From: a bacterium | GTDB taxonomy: Bacteria; UBP7; UBA6624; JBBIMK01 | DNA length: 32,000 nucleotides | Direction of reading: 5' to 3' | Assembly: GCA_037444445.1 (NCBI GenBank) | Contig: JBBIMK010000006.1 | Location: forward strand, 54,267-86,266 | Shown here: positions 8,990 to 15,325 of the stretch, in pieces | Position numbering within the stretch: position 1 is the first letter of the stretch | Layout of the letters: every line of letters begins with the position of its first letter | Made by a program: the position numbers and the translations under genes | Notes under the pieces: model-generated | The model's database searches: none | What the model was told of the DNA's origin: nothing | The model's input: the letters and a program-made list of their open reading frames with translations, nothing else

Positions 8990-9844
8990 TTATTTCTCTG
9001 AAGATGGGGCATCTCGTAACCACCGGGATAAATACGACATAAGGGAGACCGTTATGTAGTAAGAGAGTGTGGCGTCTTCCGGAAACACGCAATAAGCCTC
9101 GCGATGAACACCAACATTAGCCCACTGCCGCGCTTTGTCTATCAATTCTTTGATCCGATTAGACTTCGCTAGCCTCCCATCCTCTCCGGGAAAACCTCCG
9201 TCAATCTGTCGAGCAATGTGCTCCCATTTGGCTTTGAGCAGTAGTTCAAGGGAGTCCCAGGCAACGCGCGTGTTCGCCATACAGCCCTCGTAGTTTCGTG
9301 CAAGCAGGTCATCATAAGCCTTCTGTAGGTGCTCCACTACCGTGTGGAAGCCTTCTATTCTGGGGCGCGATATTTCCAGTACCCACGACTCAGAGTAGCC
9401 CAACTTTTTAAGTATTCCAGACCATTCCTTTTGCGAGTACTTGATTGGAACTGTCCCAGGCCTCCCCAAGTAGAACGGTAAAGAGCCTTGAAGTACAGGA
9501 ACATGGTCTTGAAAACTCTGAATGTAGAAGTACATCCCGATATCCAAGTTAAGGACCACATCATCCACTCGCCTGGACTCTATCGCAGTAACTACATCAC
9601 GGGGGAAAGGAAATCTGAGTTGCAGGGTCTTATAATAACTAACCTTTTCAGCGGAGATTATCGGAACCGAACTGGTTAACGGGGAACCGTCCGAGCCAAG
9701 ACCAAGGTAGGCGAACGCCATTAAAAAACACACCTCTTCATCCCTGGAATCAATTTGGAGGTTAACGTTGTATTCTAACTGGGGGATCGCCCCCTCTATC
9801 ACATTACCAGATGGCGGAGATATCTCAGTTCGTTCAATTCTCAT
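8990..9844 (-). CDS. Uncharacterised 284-aa protein between hsdS and hsdR; beta-rich N-terminal half, helical C-terminal half resembling DUF4145
   Basis: ATG 9844 is preceded by GAGGTG with a 6-nt spacer. The ORF fills the whole hsdS-hsdR gap (48 nt and 26 nt intergenic). The C-terminal 'NTRVAWDSLELLL....IKELIDKARQWANVGVHREAYCVFPEDATLSYYITVSLMSYL' matches the DUF4145 pattern as I remember it (R..alE.ll / iR-x2-GN-x3-H / eDA). The R-x3-N-x3-H motif lies at nt 9104-9130. The family call is from memory only. Confidence 0.6.
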   Translation of the reverse strand: MRIERTEISPPSGNVIEGAIPQLEYNVNLQIDSRDEEVCFLMAFAYLGLGSDGSPLTSSVPIISAEKVSYYKTLQLRFPFPRDVVTAIESRRVDDVVLNLDIGMYFYIQSFQDHVPVLQGSLPFYLGRPGTVPIKYSQKEWSGILKKLGYSESWVLEISRPRIEGFHTVVEHLQKAYDDLLARNYEGCMANTRVAWDSLELLLKAKWEHIARQIDGGFPGEDGRLAKSNRIKELIDKARQWANVGVHREAYCVFPEDATLSYYITVSLMSYLSRWLRDAPSSEK

Positions 9845-9892
9845 TTACATCACCTCTTTTAGTTCTTAATCTCTTTCTTCCATCCTCTTTCG

Positions 9893-11143
9893 TCATAAAA
9901 ATTTCTCCGCTTTCAAGCGAAATTTTCCGGTGAGCAAGGCCTGCATTAGACCTTTTTTCAACCTTTCCAGTTTCCCCTTTCTCTCGCGTTCCAGTTCCAG
10001 TCTCTCATCCACGGTTGAAAGAATCTCAGCGATTTTCTGCTGTTCGGGGAGAGGGGGGAGGGGGATTTGGAGGGATTCTAAAACGTTTTTATCTACATGA
10101 GGAATTCCTGTGCCTCTTGTCAGTCCACGTAAATAATTTTCTTTTGTTTTCAATAAGTAGAATAGGAATCTCTGATAGACGTTCTCTTTTTTAGGTTGAA
10201 TTTTAACCATTGTTGAAGAAAGAACTCCAGCTTTGCCAACAAAAAATTCCCCTGCGTTAGAACCATCCCACAACAAAATTAAATCACCCTCATTAACTAT
10301 AATTGTGCCACTAGAAGGTTTAGCAAATTTCGGTATTTCGTTGTTTCTTAAATATTCGGTCGAAAGATATGGGATATAACCTTCCTGAAATTTTTCATCC
10401 ATCTCTTCAGGTTTTCTGCCTTTTACAAACTCGATGGCATCCCCCAGTCTCACCACCTCCCACTCCTCCGGTATCCTCCCAATCTCTGTCTCCTTGAATT
10501 TTGTGTGCCCAATCCCCTTTGTAAGCAACTCCTGCATCATGCCTTTTTTTAACCGCTCAGTCTTCTCTATCGCCTCATCAACCTTCTCTATCGCCTCATC
10601 AGCAGTTGAAAGAACCTCGGCGATTTTTTTCTGTTCGGGGAGAGGGGGGAGGGGGATTTTTACACGGCTAAGCTCTGTTTGGTTAATGGAAGCTTGATTA
10701 ACCGCTTTTTTAGCCATCGACCTAAATCTATTTCTCGTTTGCTCCCATTTGAGATATTGAATTAAATACGGAGGACTACATCTTTCTTTGGCTGGTCTTA
10801 ATAAAAGGAGATTCATGCCATGAATCAGCAAAGGCGGGGCGCCCTCATAAATTGCTGTTTTAGCTATATGCTCAACACTATTGATATGACTAAAAAGTAT
10901 ATCTCCTACTTCTAATTTGTTATCTTCAATTTCCCCTTCTGTTAGGTTGTCCAAATAGCCAACTTTTGTTTTATCGATTTTACCCTCTGAGATCGTTTCT
11001 ATTCTCGTAATTGGATAACCGTTACCATCTTTTGTTTGTTTGTAGGTCAATCCATTTTTTATTAACGTAAGAATATCCCCCAGTCTCACCACCTCCCACT
11101 CCTCCGGTATTTCTCCAGTTTCAGTTTTCTTATATCTACTCAT
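9893..11143 (-). CDS. hsdS: Type I R-M specificity subunit with two target-recognition domains
   Basis: Two TRDs each open with 'IPEEWEVVRLGD'. Two conserved helices: 'LPPLPEQKKIAEVLSTADEAIEK..ERLKKGMMQELLTKG' and 'LPPLPEQQKIAEILSTVDERLE..ERLKKGLMQALLTGK'. Length 416 aa. Confidence 0.93.
   Translation of the reverse strand: MSRYKKTETGEIPEEWEVVRLGDILTLIKNGLTYKQTKDGNGYPITRIETISEGKIDKTKVGYLDNLTEGEIEDNKLEVGDILFSHINSVEHIAKTAIYEGAPPLLIHGMNLLLLRPAKERCSPPYLIQYLKWEQTRNRFRSMAKKAVNQASINQTELSRVKIPLPPLPEQKKIAEVLSTADEAIEKVDEAIEKTERLKKGMMQELLTKGIGHTKFKETEIGRIPEEWEVVRLGDAIEFVKGRKPEEMDEKFQEGYIPYLSTEYLRNNEIPKFAKPSSGTIIVNEGDLILLWDGSNAGEFFVGKAGVLSSTMVKIQPKKENVYQRFLFYLLKTKENYLRGLTRGTGIPHVDKNVLESLQIPLPPLPEQQKIAEILSTVDERLELERERKGKLERLKKGLMQALLTGKFRLKAEKFL
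10040..10659. repeat. Pair of 29-bp perfect direct repeats inside hsdS (10040-10068 and 10631-10659)
   Basis: 'ctgttcggggagaggggggagggggattt' occurs twice. It encodes the LPPLPEQ start of the two conserved helices. Confidence 0.9.
10439..11110. repeat. Pair of 36-bp perfect direct repeats inside hsdS (10439-10474 and 11075-11110)
   Basis: 'atcccccagtctcaccacctcccactcctccggtat' occurs twice. It encodes IPEEWEVVRLGD at the start of each TRD. Confidence 0.9.
10562..10603. repeat. 21-bp tandem duplication (20/21 identical) in the central conserved helix of hsdS
   Basis: 'cttctctatcgcctcatcaac' is followed directly by 'cttctctatcgcctcatcagc'. Together they encode DEAIEKV/DEAIEKT. Confidence 0.85.
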
Positions 11144-11147
11144 AATT

Positions 11148-11921
11148 TCACCACCACGCTTTTATTCCCCAGCCACTAACTGTCCCATTTCGTGGATTCT
11201 TTATAAAAAGGGGCCAGTAGATTTCTAAATAAGGACTGTATTTTGGTAGTTCCTCAATTTCCACAATTTCCCCAAGATGGCACCGAACCTCACCGCGAGT
11301 AAGTCGACGTTTTCTAACCTCTTTAATCTTTTGCCAAATAGCCTGGTTAAGAGAAGTTGCTATTAAATCAGTTACCTGCAATAAAACATTGAATTCATCA
11401 TTTGAAAATAAAACCTCGGGAAATATGCGTGACCTGTAGTATCCTTTTATTTTCCCCCGCATCTTCTGGGGTTCCATTGTGATATACTCAAATATCTTTC
11501 TTTTTAACTTTTTTTTCTTTTTCTCATCCAGTTCGTCAAATACGAGGATGCCTTGAGCATTCTCCAACTGAAGATTTATAAAAAATCTTTCAATGAGAAA
11601 ACACATCGCATCAAAGTAACAATTGTCAACTTCATCAACCTTACCTAAAGCAATGTCTCCTAATATAGAAGAGAGGACTATGCATTTGTGGCCTCTCAGA
11701 GTACCTGCTATTTTCTCTGTTATTTCTCTTTTTTTTCCGCGGGCAAGTTTCCCTCTTACATCCTTAAAACTTGTCATATCATAATTATTCTTAATATTCC
11801 CTAATGCGAGAATCGCATCAATCAGAGAAGTGTAGTCTATCATTAAACCACAAAGGCAAAATGAATACTTATGAGTTCCCATCTTTTGCCTTTCGGATTC
11901 ATCTATAAATAAAAATTTCAT
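11148..11921 (-). CDS. DUF3800-like protein
   Basis: N-terminal 'MKFLFIDESE' (the DES motif at the very N-terminus) and C-terminal 'LLQVTDLIATSL' (Q-x-x-D motif) are the two hallmarks I associate with DUF3800. The gene is very AT-rich and encodes a KKKKKLKRK stretch. Its ATG lies 1 nt after the stop of the upstream 111-aa ORF (TGAcATG). Confidence 0.65.
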   Translation of the reverse strand: MKFLFIDESERQKMGTHKYSFCLCGLMIDYTSLIDAILALGNIKNNYDMTSFKDVRGKLARGKKREITEKIAGTLRGHKCIVLSSILGDIALGKVDEVDNCYFDAMCFLIERFFINLQLENAQGILVFDELDEKKKKKLKRKIFEYITMEPQKMRGKIKGYYRSRIFPEVLFSNDEFNVLLQVTDLIATSLNQAIWQKIKEVRKRRLTRGEVRCHLGEIVEIEELPKYSPYLEIYWPLFIKNPRNGTVSGWGIKAWW

Positions 11922-11922
11922 G

Positions 11923-12258
11923 TCAATACTTCAGTGCCAAATAAACTGTCTGAAGTTTATTCAGTGGGCATCCGCCACGAGCATCGCAAGCATGCCCTTT
12001 GAACTTCCGATGGTCACAGAAATAACTCAGCAAATTGCCCTCAATATTACCTGCTTCTTCACAAGTGAGATAGTTCGTTAGAGGCATTATCTTGTCATAT
12101 TCTTTTGACCGTGATATGGGGTCACCGGTCCTGCCAATCCAAAATCCTTCCACTCCTGGCTGGTCAATGATTGAACAAATACGAGCAATAAGAGTCGTCA
12201 CTATCCCTACCTCCCACTCTTCTGGAATCTCACCGATTTTCGTTTGTTTGAAGTTCAT
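11923..12258 (-). CDS. Hypothetical 111-aa protein whose first 17 residues mimic an HsdS N-terminus
   Basis: ATG 12258 is preceded by GGAGG (12267-12271) with an 8-nt spacer. 'MNFKQTKIGEIPEEWEV' parallels the HsdS 'KKTETGEIPEEWEVV'. The remainder (FWIGRTGDPISRSKEY...EEAGNIEGNLL...VYLAL) has no family I can name with confidence. Confidence 0.5.
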   Translation of the reverse strand: MNFKQTKIGEIPEEWEVGIVTTLIARICSIIDQPGVEGFWIGRTGDPISRSKEYDKIMPLTNYLTCEEAGNIEGNLLSYFCDHRKFKGHACDARGGCPLNKLQTVYLALKY

Positions 12259-12298
12259 TTCTTCATCCTCCTTTCTTCACTCTTTATCTTAAAGTATT

Positions 12299-12346
12299 AA
12301 AAGCAGGAGACGGATAGCAATACAACTACCCGCCCCCCCTGCTTTT
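12299..12346 (-). terminator. Hairpin with flanking A/T runs between the ankyrin gene and the 111-aa ORF (possible intrinsic terminator or attenuator)
   Basis: AAAAGCAGG (12299-12307) pairs with CCTGCTTTT (12338-12346). An inner CGG/CCG 3-bp stem lies at 12311-12313 / 12330-12332. On the coding (-) strand the stem is followed by TTTT. The loop is large, so function is uncertain. Confidence 0.35.
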
Positions 12347-12353
12347 CAGCCAC

Positions 12354-12617
12354 CTACCTTTCGTCGGGAGTGGAACCTCCGCCACAAGCATACATCAGTG
12401 GCGTTCTCCCGTGTGCATCTCGGGCGTTCACGTCCGCTCCTGCTTCAACCAGAGCTCTCGCTACATCAAGAAAGCCCTGCTGACAGGCCAGCATCAACGC
12501 CGTCCGGCCTAAACTATCCTTGGCGTTGACATCCGCTCCTTTCTCAAGAGCCAGCCGAACTCCATCCAAGTCGCCAATTCCACTGGCGTTCAATAACGCC
12601 AAGTCGACCTCCTTCAT
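12354..12617 (-). CDS. Small ankyrin-repeat protein (about 2.5 ANK repeats)
   Basis: 'GADVNAKDSLGRTALMLACQQGFLDVARALVEAGADVNARDAHGRTPLMYA' is canonical ANK. I prefer ATG 12617 (GGAGG at 12626-12630, 8-nt spacer) over the track's GTG 12626, which overlaps the RBS. Confidence 0.8.
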   Translation of the reverse strand: MKEVDLALLNASGIGDLDGVRLALEKGADVNAKDSLGRTALMLACQQGFLDVARALVEAGADVNARDAHGRTPLMYACGGGSTPDER

Positions 12618-12648
12618 ATCATTCACCTCCTTTAATGAACACTCTTCA

Positions 12649-13107
12649 TTATCCTATCTCATCCATTGCCTCTGTTTTTTCCTTCAGCCATTTTACGAAA
12701 CCATCAAGCACGATTTTTATCTCATCAAGATGATTCTTGCATATATCGTAAAGTTCCTCAGGGGTAATCTCCTGATAGAAATGAATCATACGATTTCTGT
12801 AACCTGCCATCTTTAGTAAGAGTTCACCCTCTTTCCGGGGTAGTATCATCTTTTCCATAAGTGCCTTCGCTACCTCTTTGTATTCTGCCACAGGCTGCCC
12901 AAACCCTTTAGCAAGAATATGCCTTCCCAGGTCAAAGAGTGCCTCTAATACCCTTCTTAGATAAGACTCAGCGGATGCTATGTTTCGGTGGTCATCAAAA
13001 AAGTCTTCCCCCTTATCCAGTGGAAGTTCTTTTATGGAATTCATCGCCTTCTGAATCCACAATATCCGATTAACAACCACCCTTTTGTTGACCCTACCTC
13101 CCTCCAT
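12649..13107 (-). CDS. hepT: HepT-family (DUF86, HEPN) RNase toxin of a type VII toxin-antitoxin pair
   Basis: 'GYRNRMIHFYQEI' contains the Rx4HxY motif (nt 12775-12798). The DUF86-like helical body reads 'AESYLRRVLEALFDLGRHILAK'. The start lies 4 nt after the hsdM-fusion stop. Confidence 0.85.
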   Translation of the reverse strand: MEGGRVNKRVVVNRILWIQKAMNSIKELPLDKGEDFFDDHRNIASAESYLRRVLEALFDLGRHILAKGFGQPVAEYKEVAKALMEKMILPRKEGELLLKMAGYRNRMIHFYQEITPEELYDICKNHLDEIKIVLDGFVKWLKEKTEAMDEIG

Positions 13108-13111
13108 AGGC

Positions 13112-15292
13112 TTATCCCCCCAACACCATCCTATCCTTCATTTTTTCGTAATCCTTCAACTCTGCTGCCTGCCGCATAATAGATAACTGATACTCTGCCT
13201 CCAGAGCAGGGTTATTTGCATAAAGCAATTGCCCTGTTACTATCTCAAGGGCTAAAAAAATAGAGGCATCCGGGATAGGGATAAGGTCCACTTTTGAAAC
13301 CCCGAATATCTCTTCAAATCTTTGAGTAATCTCTACCTTTTCTTCTATCGTGAGTTGCCTTTCAGGTTTTATCCCTATATCCAAGTCAGAGGTGCTTCCG
13401 GAGAGGTGTTCTATCTCGCCCTTGAGGAGCCTAACCAACTCTTTCGCTCGGCTACCAAAGGCATATATCATCTGAAGATGATACCTGTCTGCGACCTTCT
13501 GAACTTCCTCTTTTATCCGTAGATTTTCCTCCTTCTTATTTCCCAGTTCTTTCAGGTATTCCCCTATCCTCTTTTCAGCACTTATCAACTCTTCCTCAAC
13601 TCTCTGTAACGCCTCCCATTCCCCATCTATATCTATTTTCTCAACCTCCTCTTCCGGAAACACATAAAGGGTCACATTCAGGTTATAGTCGTTGCCCTTG
13701 ATTTCTTCCAAGGAAACAGCGCGAGCGAAGCTCTCTATGTCCTGAAAATCCCTGTATGCCTTCGCCATTCTTTCAATGTTTTTCTCCCCCAATCGGTTGA
13801 GTTTCCTCACCTCAGGGTGCTGTTCATATTCAGAAGAAGCGTTGATAAAAAGAACTTTGCCCTTTCTTCCCGGATTTTTATTCTTTTTCAAAATGAGGAT
13901 GGCTCCGGGGGCGCCAGTGTTGTAGAACAATTTTTCAGGAAGAAGAATGACGCATTCCAATAAATCCTTCTCCAGAACGGAGGTTCGGATTGCTTTCTCT
14001 TTTCCGCCCCGGAATAAGCAACCATTGTCAATCAACACACCCACCCTGCCATTTTCATCCTTCGCAGAGGCGAGCATATGCTGAATCCACGCCCAGTCGG
14101 CGGATTGCCTGGGCACATACCCGAAGCGGAAGCGCTGTTTGGAGAATTCCGCCTGCTTCAGCGTCTCATCGTCGTAGCCGTCCTGGTTCCACGGGGGATT
14201 AGTTAAAACCACATCAAACTTCTTTATCCCTTCTCCTTCCTTGAATTTCGGGGAGCGCAGGGTGTCGCCGTGGAGAATATGCGCATTCCGGATGTCGTGG
14301 ATATACAGGTTCATCTTTGCCAGGGCAAGGGTTTTGAAATTAATCTCCTGCCCGTAAAGGAAGAGCCTTTCCGCCTCGGACTCGCCGAAATGTTTTTCAA
14401 TATGCTTATAAGAAGTAATGAGCATACCGCCAGAACCGCAGGCGGGGTCATAGACGCTTTCTTTCGGCTCCGGGCTCAGGATTTCTACAAGAAGTTTAAT
14501 GACCTCTCGGGGTGTATAAACTTCTCCTTCCTTCGCCTTTGTGGGGGCGAAATAGCCTAATATCCACTCATAAGCATCCCCTAAGACATCCGGGGAAACA
14601 TTGTGCAGAGGTCTGGCGCTGAAGAGTTCCACCAGTTGCCTCAGGATTTCCGCATTCTCCCGGCTGGTGGTGAACTGGACGAAATCCACATTCTCAAAAA
14701 TATCCTTAAACTCCGGGTTCCTTTCTGCCAGCATTTTCATCGCTCTGGAGAAATTTTCAGGTATCCTTGCCGGCTCCTTCCGAATATTCTCCCATAACAA
14801 GTTTTCCAGGACATCAAAGTCATGGTGGACAGAATGTTTCGCCTCCATTTTTGCCTCTTCTTCACTCAACCCGTCTGCAAGGGCTTCCTGGAATGCTTCT
14901 TCATATTCCATCATCCATTTGTCGCTGAGCCGTTTGTAGAACAGGAGGAGAAGGATGAAGGTGTAATCCACACGGGTTCGAATCAAGTCCGCGGCGGATT
15001 TCAGAAGCCCATTCAGTTCCTCTCTCGTCAACGCTTTCTCTTCTCTTAATAAATCTTCCGGAATTATCTTCACCGGTAGCAGACGATAAATTTTTTCTCT
15101 AGCATCCTTCGGGTCGGATTGAGACTCTAATAACCCAGCCCTCCTCAACTCGGAAAGCACCACATTCACCTGGTCCTCTCCAGCCTCAAACTTTTTCTTC
15201 AGCACTTCTCTTGCCTCTTCTGAACGAAACTGTGACCCCGAAAAAGCTTCCTTCAGGGCTTCATAACGCTTATTCAGCCATTTTTGAACCAT
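13112..15292 (-). CDS. hsdM: Type I R-M methyltransferase subunit with N-terminal wHTH-like extension and C-terminal MntA-like nucleotidyltransferase domain (in-frame fusion)
   Basis: HsdM_N-like 'AADLIRTRVDYTFILLLLFYKRLSD'. AdoMet motif I 'VYDPACGSGGML'. Motif IV 'VLTNPPWNQ' (NPPW at 14189-14200). C-terminal 'MIYAFGSRAKE...SGSTSDLDIGI'. I place the start at ATG 15292 (GGAGG 15301-15305, 8-nt spacer), not the track's 15346, because a strong promoter lies inside that 54-nt extension. Confidence 0.9.
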   Translation of the reverse strand: MVQKWLNKRYEALKEAFSGSQFRSEEAREVLKKKFEAGEDQVNVVLSELRRAGLLESQSDPKDAREKIYRLLPVKIIPEDLLREEKALTREELNGLLKSAADLIRTRVDYTFILLLLFYKRLSDKWMMEYEEAFQEALADGLSEEEAKMEAKHSVHHDFDVLENLLWENIRKEPARIPENFSRAMKMLAERNPEFKDIFENVDFVQFTTSRENAEILRQLVELFSARPLHNVSPDVLGDAYEWILGYFAPTKAKEGEVYTPREVIKLLVEILSPEPKESVYDPACGSGGMLITSYKHIEKHFGESEAERLFLYGQEINFKTLALAKMNLYIHDIRNAHILHGDTLRSPKFKEGEGIKKFDVVLTNPPWNQDGYDDETLKQAEFSKQRFRFGYVPRQSADWAWIQHMLASAKDENGRVGVLIDNGCLFRGGKEKAIRTSVLEKDLLECVILLPEKLFYNTGAPGAILILKKNKNPGRKGKVLFINASSEYEQHPEVRKLNRLGEKNIERMAKAYRDFQDIESFARAVSLEEIKGNDYNLNVTLYVFPEEEVEKIDIDGEWEALQRVEEELISAEKRIGEYLKELGNKKEENLRIKEEVQKVADRYHLQMIYAFGSRAKELVRLLKGEIEHLSGSTSDLDIGIKPERQLTIEEKVEITQRFEEIFGVSKVDLIPIPDASIFLALEIVTGQLLYANNPALEAEYQLSIMRQAAELKDYEKMKDRMVLGG
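13115..13525 (-). other. mntA: MntA-like minimal nucleotidyltransferase domain (last ~137 aa of the HsdM fusion)
   Basis: The G-S ... D-x-D signature appears in 'YAFGSRAKELVRLLKGEIEHLSGSTSDLDIGIKP', followed by a helical tail. It is joined to the methylase by a charged coiled segment (EELISAEKRIGEYLKELGNKKEENLRIKEE). The GS-to-DxD spacing looks about 10 aa longer than in textbook MNTs. Confidence 0.7.
15074..15292 (-). other. About 73-aa N-terminal extension of HsdM with a winged-helix-like pattern
   Basis: 'FRSEEAREVLKKKFEAGEDQVNVVLSELRRAGLLESQSDPKDAREKIYRLL' precedes the usual HsdM_N start. It shows a helix-turn-helix plus wing pattern (L..LrraGLle......r...Y.l). Pattern recognition only. 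Confidence 0.4.
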
Positions 15293-15325
15293 TTTTTCTA
15301 CCTCCTTTTTTCCCCTACCGTATTT

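Noticed and set aside
10562-10603. The 21-bp tandem duplication in the hsdS central helix, considered as a spacer-length switch like the EcoR124I/II repeat expansion
   Set aside because: Counting from LPPLPEQ to LLT, the central and C-terminal conserved helices have the same length (44 residues). So there is no sign that this copy number is expanded or variable. I kept it only as a repeat feature.
11509-11516. A8/T8 homopolymer inside the DUF3800-like gene, considered as a phase-variation tract
   Set aside because: It simply encodes part of a KKKKK stretch in a very AT-rich gene. Eight bases is borderline, and the window gives no evidence of length variation.
11923-12258. Assigning the 111-aa ORF to the GIY-YIG nuclease family
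   Set aside because: 'FWIGRTGDPISRSKEY' and a later 'EEAGNIEGNLL' loosely recall the YIG / R / E elements. However, there is no GIY strand in the expected position and the spacing is uncertain. This is not enough for a call without a profile search.
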